A stretch of 63,712 bases of DNA, filler included, from Reticulomyxa filosa (Eukaryota > Protista > Foraminifera): NCBI GenBank assembly GCA_000512085.1. It is 20 parts of 20 records of this genome, joined end to end, with 100 filler letters (N's around TTAATTAATTAA, not from the genome) between each part and the next. Parts side by side here need not be neighbours in the genome. Positions count along the whole stretch, not along the records: positions 1 to 9,693 come from ASPP01024859.1; positions 9,794 to 11,536 come from ASPP01019506.1; positions 11,637 to 12,922 come from ASPP01033216.1; 17 more parts are not named here. One strand, given 5' to 3'. The position numbers were made by a program, and so were the translations under genes. The stretch's first letter is position 1. The number at the start of each line of letters is the position of its first letter. Of this stretch, positions 1-12,800 are shown piece after piece. The notes beneath the pieces were generated by a model. That model was not told the origin of the DNA. It made no database searches and was given only the letters and a program-made list of their open reading frames with translations.

Positions 1-1916
1 TCTTTGTTTTCTGGCTTCTTCTTTGGCAGTCTTTTACATATATAATATATACATATATATTATATATTATATATATGTATATAAAAAGAAACTTTATTAG
101 CAAGGAATTGCTTTTCGACTTTATCGAATAAAGGTCCATCCATGTCTTTAAACTGTTGCATGATATGTTGAGTGAGTTGATGAACAGTGGTATTCCAATG
201 TGCCTCCAAGTTGTTGTACAACGCAGGATACAACAGTGGCAATATCATCTGTCGATGGTCGCTCATGAATGTGGCAATTGTGTCGTTGTTCCATAAGAAC
301 AAAGCCCTCTCCGCAATTTGAAAATGATTACTTCCAATGCAATCCGCAACCCGTTGAAATAATGGGGTCTTTTTATTTTTATATACGTATTTATGTTGCA
401 ATCATTGCACATTGATATGTAAAAACAAGACAAAACAAAACAAACGAACAATCAATTTATAAATTTGGTTTTGATCGGTTAATTCCAACACTTCTTCCAA
501 TTCAGTTAAGAAGAGCAATTCTTTATTGCACGATGTGATTGGCCAATAGCGAAGCAATCCAGTAATGACGGAAGAGGCAAGAGTGGGATCCTTTTCAATG
601 AATTGGACGACGCAATATGCCAACTGTGCATGAAATTGATTTAAGTTTTTGGCTTTGTGCAATGGAATCAATACATTGCGCAGAAATTGTTGATGTTCTT
701 CTTTCAACGGAGTAGCAAATCCATTTATTATACTCCCTTTTATATTATATATATATATATATGTATATATATGGATATATGTATGTATATGTATATGTAT
801 ATATATAATATACGATATATGTATATGCATATAATGTGTATATATAAAAAACCTAAAATCTCCAATAATTCGGCCAATCCATTGTGTTTGACTTGAGTGT
901 AAATGACGGTGAAGAAAACATGATTCATGGCTTTTCTGAGAAAAGAGCGAAATGTCATAAATTTACCATAAATGCGATGTAAGATGGTCTTTAAATAGTC
1001 GCGCTCCCTTGCGTCTTCCGATTGGAACAAGTCGATAATCGACAGTAGAAACTTGCGATCGATATATTTTTTCAATAGTTTTGCGTCTGCATTGTTGCTT
1101 ACAATAAAGCGTAGCAAAAACTCATACACAAATTGTAAATGCACCCTATCATTGTCACATCACATATATACATAAATATATGTGATAATATTCATCGTCT
1201 TTTTTTTTATAAAAAAAAAACAACATACCAAGAAGGGTCATGTGTAGGCTCGTCTTCTTCAGGATCAAATCCATCTTCGCCATATAAAGAAGGAGGCAAT
1301 GGACGAAACAGATTGCAATTGATCATATGGATAATTGCTTTGAGCGATTCATCCGACACCCACGTGCGTGATGTCGACAAATGATCGATTAACTCCACGA
1401 GGATCTCTCTTTTTTGTTCGCGCGCACGTGTTTGTGTTTTATCCTTTTTTTTGTTTTGTGTAATAAGACATGAGCAATCTACACAAATATATGTCAAAAG
1501 AAAAAACAAAACAAAACTGACATCATTTCGGAAATCAAATATAATGGAACAAAGTTGTAATTTTTTAATAAATAATTCCCTCTTCTTTTCTGGCGTAGGA
1601 GCATCTCGAATGCTTTGAAGTGGTGCCAGCAAATCACTGATTTGAACTGGTTCTATTTTTAAAAACAAATACATTTTTAAAAAATAAATTTTTTTTTTTT
1701 AAAAATGTAACACATTTTTTAAAAAATAAAATAAAAAAAACTTTGTGAAGAAGTATCTCCCACTTGCGTGGACTCCTGTTTTGAACGCTTTTCTTTATTT
1801 GACTTTTTATCTCCTGCATCCTTTGTTACTGCTCCTGCTGATCCACTTGCATTCGTTGATTCTGCTTCACCGATCAATCGTGAGAGGAACAAAGAAAGAA
1901 AGGGAGAACACATCAC
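1..1916 (-). CDS. Protein phosphatase 2A regulatory subunit B' (B56), multi-exon; 3' end runs off the window, start codon uncertain
   Basis: Spliced exons give B56 hallmarks: [105 protein letters not shown]. Confidence 0.95.
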
Positions 1917-3286
1917 AAATTTCTTTCGTCCATTGTATGGTCGAATTTATAATTCTTACAAAAAAAAAAATATTTCTGTTTATTTAGTCTTGAATATGAA
2001 TATGATAACAGATACCTTTTGGAGTTTGATTTTTATTTATTTTCCCTTTTAATTTTTGCAAAAAGCGATTTGTCTATTTTTATTTTTCACAAACACAAGC
2101 CGTGCGCACGTCATGTCGTATCACATACCTCCAATCTGTTGTTGACATTTCTTACCTGCATGTCACCTCAGCCTCTTTTTCAAAATGTCGTTTGTGCAAA
2201 TTTATTTTTTACTAATGGAGGGAGCATATAACGCTAAAAAGCATTCAACAAAACAAATATCAGCTTACCCCTTTCACCCTAAAAAACTGTTTTTTCTTCT
2301 TCGAATATCATCAGAAAATTCTCACAAGATTGTATTCAATAAAAAATTAATATTTTTTTTACCTGTATAACAGATAGCAGATCGTAATTTGTTTAAGAAA
2401 AAATATTTTTTTAACGGTTGTCGCGTTATCCCTTCCAAACCTTTGAAGGAATAAAAAAAGAAACAGAATGGAAGCCATGATGTTAATACCACAAATTTTT
2501 TAAAATGTGGCACTTCCTGAATTAGACGAAGATGAAAATGATTGGATACACAAGAGTTAGCAAACAAAGCAGGACCAAATGCTGAGGATGTACAAAAGTT
2601 GCTGTCACAAATACACGGCGCCCTTCGGCAATATCAACAATTGATCGCAAAAAAAGTTACATATTGTATATATGAACAAAATGTGTTGTGATATCACATT
2701 TTTAATTTATTATACACATATATATTTGTGTATAGATACACGCAGCATAACAAAAGCTGCGACTAATAACACACAAACATCCAAGGAAGGCATTTTTTTT
2801 CAGGTGTTAATAAAAACCAAAGTAAAGAAGTAGAAACAGAAAATATTAATTAAATGTGCAGAAATTCAAATTTTACATTTAATAATTTTTCTTTTCTTGA
2901 ATTAAAATAGTCAGTTTAAGTTTTTAAAAGAATTTTGTTGTGTTAAGAATCTGTCGCAACCTCCTTTCTCGCATAATCTGTGCAAAAGAAAAGAAATATT
3001 GTGCTACAATGAAGAAAAAATTCGGCAAAAAAAGAACGTCCTCTTAGAAAACATTACTTTGACTCTATGTCGATAATCACATCCGATTATAACCTGTTAC
3101 TACAATTCACCAGACGGTTCTGCATCAACTTGCTGGAAGCAATATCTCAATCGCGATCTATATCTAACCATAAATGAGAATTTGCAATGTGACTCTTTAA
3201 CACGGACGATACCACAAAGATATAGACATTACCCCAAGAAAAAAAACAAAAAAAGGGATCATTGGGGAAAAAAAATTTGACAAGAC

Positions 3287-5801
3287 ATGATAAAGCATGT
3301 CTTGAGAAGTTTGGTCCGACCAAGGACTGGGCAAACTCAACTTCAGTGGTCCATTTCAAAGTCTTTTCTCTCACAGCAATTGCCCCAACCTTTGTTGCCA
3401 CAGGTGGCGAGTAGTATTTTTCAGTTGCGACTCGAAGAGCTGTTGCGCATGATACCATTGTTAGTTCCACGGACAAATTACAAGCGCTTAAGCAAATTGG
3501 AAAGTGCTTGCAGCAAAGACGACGTGAATGGTCTTCTGGAAGTGTTGCAAACCAGTCCCCAAAAACTGTGCAAATTGTACCCAGGATTGACCGTTCTGAC
3601 CATCAAAAACTTGCTCAAAGGGCTCGAAATTTTGACAAAATCGAGCCGACGAAAACTACAGCAGTACCAATTGATGGTCAATACTGTCACCATTTTCGGA
3701 CGCGTCCAATGGCCATTGCGGTTAGTTTGTTGGCCTCTGTTTTTTCAATTCGCAACATTGGCTCCATCTTTTTTTTTTTTTTTTGATTCAATGAGTATTT
3801 AATATAATAATATACATATACATATACGTATATGATTATATTACGATAGTGCAGGGATGTTGCTGCTCCAAACGGAAAACTTGTTTGAATTCGGTCCAAA
3901 TTCTATCTTTGTGATGAAAGTACAGAGACGTTACGCTCCGCGTGAATACGTAAAGCTGACAGGAATTTTTAAAAAACATAATATGTTTGAGGTAACAGAA
4001 ATGACTCGCGTGACATTATCAGATTACGAAATCTGGGTCATTCAGCGGGCAAACGCGCTCAATTTGTGGCAACGTCAAGTCGATGATGTTGTGAATGAGC
4101 CCATGCCATCCCTAATTACAATCGCGATGGCTCTGAATAGTGCCACACAGCCTCAAAAATCTCTGGTTCAAAATAAAAAAAAGAAGCGTTCAAAAACAGA
4201 GTCCCTCCAAACTTTGGAAGAGACTTTGATAGCGGCTCCATCTTTGCCCTCCTTAGAAGTGGAGCCAAAAGCAGTGAAACAGACAGGGAGAAAGACGAAA
4301 GTGGAAAAAACATCAGCAGTGCAAACGAAGGCAAAGAAAAAGAAGAGTCACGAAAGTAAAGAGTTGAAACAGGACACGATAAAAAAGCCAAAGTCGAGAC
4401 GGCGTTCAAAGTTGTTATCATCGGAGCAAAAGTTGATTTGGGTGCAAACCAATCCGCCGACGAAATTAGTCCGATACAATGGATACATTACGCAACAGCG
4501 GGATTGGTTGGTCGAAATGCATTACAAGCCCATTTCACTGACCAAGAAGCTGCGTCTTGAAGCCGAAACCAATATCTACAGCGATCCTGCTGTGCAAAAG
4601 TATTTGTTTAATGAACTCCAGTTCGAATTCACTGATAAAATCTCGCTCTACGAATATATGACCGAACCTGTCCATCAACAAAAATGGGTCCCTCTTTTGA
4701 AGCGTCCCCTTCACAGCGATAAACACGCTCACGATTTCGTTCGATTCATGCAGCTTTGGAACAAACTCGACCATGTTATATATATGTACATATATATATG
4801 CATATGTGTACATAATTATATCTTTTTTTGAGATAATTATACGTACTTGGAGCAAGTATTGTCACCACGAAAAAACGGAGTCACTTCTTTTTTTTTGTTT
4901 TGTTTATTTGCTGCAAATTTTTTTTTTAAAAAAAAAGAGCGTGGCATGTGTGGACACCGAATTCTTTTTAAATCAAAGAAAAGAGGATACAGAAATGGAC
5001 AATGAACAAGAAGAACCGGACACAGAGCATTCAGTGCAACGATTGTATCAACTTGGAGTGTACGGCGGAAACGGAAAGAAGGCATCGCTGTTTATAAAAT
5101 GGCCCAACTGTTCGTTGATGTCAAGAGTTTTGCAATCCCCGCCTTCCATGCATCACATCCAATTCGATCTTTTATTTAATTCCCTCAAATCCTACGATCG
5201 CTGCTGGGGCGGCATTGACTCGTACACTCTATCAATAACTCAAAACTTATGGCCACTTATCGAAGCCAAGTTCAACGAACTTGCAGTGTTCCCGGAACAT
5301 GCCTGGTAGTAACATTTTTTTTTACAAAAAAAAAAAAGTGTATTGCATTCATTTCTATTCATGTTTGCATTTGCTTAATAACAAATAATAAAAAAAAAAA
5401 GTGTGGCGTTTTTGGAGGCAGTGGAAAAGTATCCGAATTTAGTGTATCATTACTCGCAACAAGATAAACTGCTTTCAATGAAATTGGTGGAGTATTGCTC
5501 AAAGTCAAGCAACAACCCAGACTTGGTAAATGCATGCAAGATGTGGCTGGACAAATGCAGTTCCAATCAGGTCCAATGGATTAATACCAGATCGTTTTTC
5601 CATGAGTGGACCAGGTCGTCGGGTGTATTGGCTCTATCTTTGCCTTACCTGTCCAGCGAAATTGCAAAATTGCCCTCTATTGCCACCCAATCATCGTCTG
5701 ATGGCTCTGGATTTCATGATGCGTCCTTTGATGCTTACCAGTTGTACTTTGTTTTGCTGGAGTTACGCAAATTTTTTGCTTCACTCGGGGTTTTTGATTA
5801 A
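3287..5801 (+). CDS. DEDDh-family 3'-5' exonuclease with long N-terminal extension (4 exons; introns about 3721-3849, 4776-4938, 5306-5401)
   Basis: ExoI VACVDTEF, ExoII-like YHYSQQD and ExoIII FHDASFD occur in the correct order. GT-AG introns join the ORFs 3287, 3857, 4773 and 5403. Confidence 0.7.
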
Positions 5802-6274
5802 TTTATTTCATTTTTCTTCCATTTATATTCTCCATTAGCTTTATACTCCTTCTTTTTGTTAAAATAATACCCTTTGCCCTTTCTTCATACAATTAGTCTC
5901 ATAGAAGCAAAAATAAACTAAGCAATTGTAAAATTCAAAAATGAAAGGCTTTTACTTTTTAAAAATTTATTTTATTTTAGAAACAACTTAGAAGTTGGAT
6001 GTCAAAATTTTTCCCAAATGGAAACTACAATTTACTTAAATGTAACATTCAATTTGGGTTCGGATCAAAATAACTCACTTTTCTTTTGTTTGTTAATTGT
6101 TTGGTCGTTTTTTGTTAAAACCAGCACGAAATTGAGATTAATTTCAAACCGAAATGATACTGATAAAACATAACCTTTAAAAATTCTATAAGATGATAAT
6201 ATTGAAATAGTAGAGGGATAATTGACGTAAAAACAAAATAGACCAATTTTTATGTCAAAGATTTAAAATAAGAC

Positions 6275-6734
6275 ATGTCAAAAACCCAAAAAACAGAAAA
6301 CCCAGAACGGAACACGTACGAAACAATATTGAAAAAACTTGTCAAAGATGGAGGAGTTCGAGGATGGATTGTTGTTAACTACCAAGGCATTCCCGTGAAA
6401 TATTATGTTTGAGTCTATTATCTTCTGCAATATTGTTCGCTCAATTTTTTTTTTTAACGAACCAACAAAGGGATACGAAAATGAAGATGCGATAAAATTC
6501 GCAGGAGGAGTAATGTCGTTAGTTGACAAATGTAACAAGTTTTTTGCTCAAGATTTTGTTCACGAAATTATTCCGCAAAACCTTACCACACTGCAAACAA
6601 TTCAACTTCGAACCCAAAAAAATGAATTAATCATTGTTCCACATTTTAAAGTATTATTGATATGTGTTTACGATCCAGCTTATGAAGAGCCACAAAAAGA
6701 AAATGGAGAACAAAATGATGAAGTTTTATTATAA
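6275..6734 (+). CDS. Roadblock/LC7 dynein light chain family protein (exons 6275-6406, 6471-6734)
   Basis: Spliced product ...ETILKKLVKDGGVRGWIVVNYQGIPVKYY|GYENEDAIKFAG...LQTIQLRTQKNELIIVPH...LICVYDP matches the roadblock pattern GV.G.IVVN..GIP...LR.RT.K.E..I.P. Confidence 0.85.
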
Positions 6735-7485
6735 GCAAAAACTCTTAATCAATCGATTGTTTCATCAAAAAAAACTGTTATAATATAAAAATGTTTTTAC
6801 CAAAAAATTTCCTTTTTAACTTGAGTAGAATAACAGACTTAAAAATTTTTAAGCACAGCTCTCCATTCTCTTAGTAAATAAATAACTCCACAATTTTAAA
6901 ATTTTAAATTGTCGTAACAAATCTCGACTTCTTTCCTGAAATTTCAGTCGAAAAGCTTTGAGAAAAAACGCTCTATTTAAGTTATAATCTCAATTGAAAT
7001 TGAAGTTACGGTTATTTTTTGATAACGTATTTATGCAAAAATATTGACAGTATTTTGTTGTCTAGATGGAGCTGATTTACTTTAATATGCTCACTGATGA
7101 AAAAAGAAAAATGAATAAAAGTATAAACTTTTTTTAAAAGCTTCTAAATGAACTTCTCGTTGTTTGCTGTGCTTACGAAATTTGCCAAAGAAAGTTGCTA
7201 GCTTTCTTATTTTTTTTCCTTTCGACTTTATTATTTTTCACGACATTTGAAATTGAATTACATTCTGAACTTGACTGAAAAAGATTTTTAAAAGATATCA
7301 TTCAAATATAACAAAAAAGGCGTTTATATTTATATCAAATTGCATTGGCTGAGTATTAAAAAGTTTTTGAAATGATTTGATTAAAAAAAATGTATAAGAA
7401 AAATTACATTTTTGTTCTTAGTAGTAGTTATATTGTGGAACACTAAATGATGAATAATATTGTATCACATTATATTATATTATTC

Positions 7486-8926
7486 TCAAACTTGTTCTGT
7501 GTGTTCTTGTTTTTCTGGGCATCTTAATTGAGCACTATTCTCAATTTCATCTAACATAATTTCTAAAGTTTGTGCATTTTCAGTTGTGATCAATGTATAA
7601 ATGCGTCCTCGAATATATTCGATATCAGTTTCAATTAGTTCACAATGAGTTTTAGGTATCCGTAACAATCTTAATCCTTCACTCCAATGTTTGAAAACAA
7701 TTTTGTAAACAGCAAACATTAGATCACTGGCCGTATCATCCACAGTTTCCATAATTGGCCTTCTTTCACTGAAAAATCTGTCAATATCACGTTTTCTTAC
7801 ACCTGCATGAGAAGCAGTACTATTTGTTTGATATTCACGAAACGCTTTCTTGGATTCGCCAAAATCGTATAATTTGCTCAAACCTTCCAAAATATCATGA
7901 ATCAATTCAAGGCATTGCATTGTTTGGGATCGAACAGTCAAACGTGTATTGGATATTTCTTGTTGTTTTTGTTCTTTATCTTTTTCTTCACTATTGATAT
8001 TATTTAAAGCATTTGTATTTGATTCCATTTCCATTGCATCCAATATTTGCGTCATGCTTTGGCTGGCACGCTAAGTTGTTTTTTTTTTTGAATTGATATA
8101 TGAGTAAAGCATCAAAAGAAATATATATGTATGTGTTATTCCCACTTGGCAATTACCAGAGCAAACATCAATCTTAGTCCTGATGCACATTCTCTGCAAT
8201 CCATTTGTAATCGTTTTACTTCTTGTTTGTAAAGATTGGCTGCAGTCTTTGGATTTATTTTGTTTTACACAACACACATACACACAAAATGCACCCAATT
8301 TTATTGTTGAGAATAATGTTTACAATAAGATATGATATAGAAAAAAACTGAAGATTGAAATAAGAAATTCTTTCTGAAATGTGTTACAGTCTGTGGGATA
8401 GCATTCGCTTCAATGACTAAAAATATCTATGATTTTGTGTATTTGACATGTTGCGTACATTGCATACATTGATTGCATTGCATGCATAAAACAAAACTTT
8501 GGCTAAAATCACTAACAAAATAGGCCGCAAAGTAGACAAATCCAAAAGTTCGACTGTTTCTCCGTCCTTGATTGTGAAGATTGGACCTTGTTGAGTTCGA
8601 AATTCAAAAGGGACCATTAAGGCCCCCAAATGTTCGAACAGCTTTCCAGTGTAAACCCAGAGCTGGTCATCAAAGTTTAATTCCAAAAGAGGTATCAAAG
8701 CGGATTGAGAGGTTGTCAATGGCACCAATCGATCCAGACATTGCTTGTTATTTTTCAATAGCTCTTTCACCACTGTGTCCACGTGTTTATTAATCAATTG
8801 TCCATTGCATTCTTCATTCAAATGGATTTCATTTCGCAAATAATTCAATATGTACTCGATATTCTTTTTTTCCACCACTTCAAATTCACGACGCATTGAC
8901 GTACGAATACAAGCCTTTATGTATGT

Positions 8927-8957
<31 letters not shown>

Positions 8958-9693
8958 TACATATATATATATATAATGTATATATTATCGGACAACAACA
9001 AACTTCAATGATTTCAGTTCCTCGATCTCTGAGTTTGGCATTAGGCACTAATTCCGATGGTTTGTGCAGTCCATCATAAAAAGATTGCAACTCTTCGGTC
9101 AGTTTATCGACATTGACCTCCTTTTGTAAGCATTGTTTGATGACAGAAAAATACTCAATAAATAATTCGCGGGTGAAATTGGTAAGTGCTGCCATGGATT
9201 TTTCATGGGTGTTGACATTGGTGTTGGCATTGGTGTCGACGTTGTTTGTGGTGTCCTCGCCTTTCTTTTTTTTGTCGTCGTGACGGCTATGCGACCCATT
9301 GCTGCTGGGCTCGTCGTGTTTGTCGTGGTGTCTGTGTTTGTGAGAATGTCTGCCTCGCTCCTTTTCTTTCCCGCTTTTGTCATTCTTTTTCGAATGAGAC
9401 TCTTTTTGTGCATTCACGAATGGTGTTACAAATACCTGATAATACGCCTCGATAAAGTCCAGCAATACATTCACAAACTGTTCCTTAAAGAACGATACCA
9501 CCGAAAAGTACTTTAGTTTGTTATCCGACTTATTTTCGTTTGTATCTGTCGCAACACATACATTTAGTCTGTTCAATCAAAAAATAAAAAATCATCAAAC
9601 ATGAAAAAAAGAACCTTGCGAAGCAATGTTCGATTCAGAAGGATTTGAAACATTGTTATTGTCTTGAGGTTGTTTATTATCGTTATTATTATT
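7486..9693 (-). CDS. VPS51: Vps51 (GARP/EARP subunit) homologue, 5'-truncated by contig end, multi-exon
   Basis: C-terminus RDIDRFFSER...IVFKHWSEGLRL...IETDIEYIR...MLDEIENSAQLRCPE resembles the Vps51 C-terminal pattern (I.KLFSE...K...E.VRL...D..L...LLDEV..SA..RC.DP). Confidence 0.8.
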
Positions 9694-9793
9694 NNNNNNN
9701 NNNNNNNNNNNNNNNNNNNNNNNNNNNNNNNNNNNNNTTAATTAATTAANNNNNNNNNNNNNNNNNNNNNNNNNNNNNNNNNNNNNNNNNNNN
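9694..9793. other. Artificial contig spacer N44-TTAATTAATTAA-N44. It also starts at 11537, 12923, 15151, 16473, 17721, 25657, 27233, 30534, 32058, 34757, 39977, 44249, 50135, 52873, 57301, 59601, 60917 and 62425.
   Basis: Identical 100-nt block with stop codons in all six frames, present 19 times. Confidence 0.99.
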
Positions 9794-12659
9794 GTACACG
9801 TAAAATGCTACTTTATAAAGAGGATTAATTTTCTCCGTGAAAAGAGAACATTCAGACCTAATTTTTTTAAAATACAAATGTTGAAGTTTTTAAATATGAT
9901 ACTATCTTTTAAATAAAGCCATTCTAGATTCAAATTTTTTCCTTTTAAAAATTTTTTTTTAAATATTTTTTATCGCTTTGTTCACTTTCATTTGGTCCAA
10001 CAACATCTTGAATTTGTTTTGTTCAATATACTCATTTACTGATTTGTACTTGTTGCGTTTTGCGGTAAAAACAATCAGTTTCTGTTATTGTATAAGCAAT
10101 ATAAAATATTTTTTAGCATTTCATAATATAATATTTCTTTATGGATTGTGCAATTAGTGCATCCTTCAATTTTGCAAAAATGTCAACGTCCTTAGCACCA
10201 AAGTAATCACATACTATGGTGATAAACAATAAAACATCGACCTTTCCAAATATATATAACTAATATTATGTCTTTCTTTTTCATCATATGGTAAATTTTA
10301 TATCTTAATATAATTTAATTTTTATTTCTTCCAAAAAAATACTTTCTTTCGATCACATACAGTCCAATTTTGCGTTTATCAATAAAATTAAGTCGCCAGT
10401 TAGTTTTGTATTTATCTTTTTTGTAATCGTACTTAATAAATTTTCAAGTCTTAGTTATTATCAAATAAAACTATTATTTACTTTCGATACTTGATAGTCT
10501 AATATATCAAAGCACTATCGATTTAGTGTTAAATTTAATCACAAGTCAAAATTCAAATACAAGAAAAGATATTAGTAAAGTATAATTTTATGCATACTGT
10601 CTTTTTTGCAAACTACTGCATATATTACTGATAAAACATATTATGCATTGACAACCAGTATATAGTAAGCAACAACAATGAAGAATGAATACTGCGTTTT
10701 GTTAAATAAAATCAACATAATATTGATATAAATATATCAAATACAATATTGTTGTATTTTTAGTGTTTGTGTCAATGTTAACTGAATAGTTTAAGATATG
10801 GCAGTTTGTTGACACATTTAAGATTCAAAACATATTGCAATTACAATAAATGATATTTGCAATGTATTGAAATTACTGACTTTTTCTCGCAGTTAGTTTA
10901 TATAATGTTTCTTCAAGACGATATGCCATTCGTTAGTGTGAATACCAAACAATGTTCGTTAGGTGATAGTTGACAATAATTAATTATCATATTGATGTTT
11001 AGACCTTATTAACATTGTCATTTATTCGGTCATACAACACATCGTCAGTGAGTTATAATTTTCATTTAATATTCTACTACATTTTTTTTTAAACTTGCAA
11101 TGCTAAAAGATCTAAATCAATAATGAAAACATGCTCCAATAGGAGTTCAAACAGCTTTATTCATTTTGTACAAAAATTTTAAGTTATTATTTATTAATTG
11201 AAGAAAAAGAGATTTGAGTTGATATACCAAACAGAATCGTATAAATAAATTCGTTAGCTTAAAGATTGTTTTGACAGAAAATGAATTAATCAAAAAATTG
11301 AAAATATCTTGTCATAAAACTTCACAAGATGTGTCATTAGAACAAATAATAATTCAATAAAAAATTGTATTGTTGTCCAAACGGCCCCTTTTTTCTTCTG
11401 TTCTTTCACTCTCTTCGTTGTCTTTGCTTTTGTTTCTGTTGACGAAGGATCAATATTTACACAGATAATGCCCACTCGACTTGACGACCATTTACTAATA
11501 AATATAACAGACCAGACAGTTAGTGACACGACTTGANNNNNNNNNNNNNNNNNNNNNNNNNNNNNNNNNNNNNNNNNNNNTTAATTAATTAANNNNNNNN
11601 NNNNNNNNNNNNNNNNNNNNNNNNNNNNNNNNNNNNAAAAAAGGAGGTGGAGAATGGTATTGTGTGGAAAGTCAAGATACAACGGATTATGAAATTATCT
11701 TTCAAAAAAGAAAGCTTGTATAAAAGTTGGTTTTTTTTAACAGACAATAAGTAAGTATGTAAGTAATTCTTTTGAGACTTTTTTTTTATATTGAATCATT
11801 ATGTCTCAAATATTTGAAACGCATAACTGATCCAAGCAGCTCTTCAACCACAAAAAATATTTCTTACCTCTTCTTTGAATCAATTGATTACAAAATTAAT
11901 AACATAAAATGACAATCTTTATATTTTCATTTCCACTTTGTAAAGGAATGAAATGTAATTAAAATTGAAATCATTGAAAATATTTTATTTAATTATTTAA
12001 AAATTATTGACAAAATGTGTTTGCATATTTTGAAATAAATTAACAAACAACTATTTATTTTCCAAATGTTATCAAATATTTGTTTTAGAAATGATTGGAT
12101 TGATTCAAAAAAGGAAATTATGATAATTGGATAATTGGCATCAATATGATCATATTCAATTATTAAATAATATAATTAATCATTTTATAAAGATATCCTA
12201 TTCCAAGGAGTGTGTATGTTATAAAATATGTTTGATTATAAACATCGAACAATAATGTTATTTGATGAAAATAAAATCATTATTGATATCTCTTCTATTT
12301 AGTTATAACAGAGGAATGTGTACAAATAACAAAAAATCAATATATTCTTTAATATTATATATTTTAGGTATTTTAAAAGGCGATGTGATGCAAATAACAA
12401 TCGAAAATACGTAAAACAAATTAAAACATCGATATTATGGAAATATCAAAACGGTGATTCAAGATCTTGTTTCAACAATCAATTGAAAAAGAGGTATTCA
12501 AATGATTCATCAAATGAAAGTCTATTCTATCAATGTCAGAACATTTTATTACATATTTTATATCTCTTTGTTTGAAATGATGAATAGAAATAAGAACAAG
12601 AAAATATAGTAACAAAAGTGCTCAAAAGGAAATGGAAAAGCAGAAATTGAGGAAACAAA

Positions 12660-12800
12660 TCTGGGAATCAATCTGCAAGGATATCGTAGTGATGAAACTT
12701 GTTTGGTATCAAAAGCCAAATTACAAGTATGAATGAATATTGGATTTGGTTTATATTACATTCATTTCAGATAAGACATCTTTCAATTATCATAACTGTA
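12660..12800 (+). pseudogene. Degenerate fragment of a Cys-rich protist domain (GINL.G.C.N..C...VW.NIGF type)
   Basis: Reads LGINLQGYRSDETCLVSKAKLQV*MNIGFG with an in-frame stop and eroded Cys positions. Family recognition is from memory only. Confidence 0.3.

Noticed and set aside
740-850. YIYI/ICIY-rich and poly-F/K ORF segments (also 37570-37680 and 53867-54355)
   Set aside because: These are translations of intronic (TA)n/(TATG)n microsatellites and A/T tracts.
2468-2810. Small + strand gene (QELANKAGPNAEDVQKLLSQIHGALRQYQQL)
   Set aside because: It looks coding but needs a frameshift and has no recognisable start or family, so it was not reported as a feature.
9694-9793. Regularly recurring TTAATTAATTAA motif and ORFs ending in X...LIN
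   Set aside because: Artificial contig joiner. Gene adjacency across it is meaningless.
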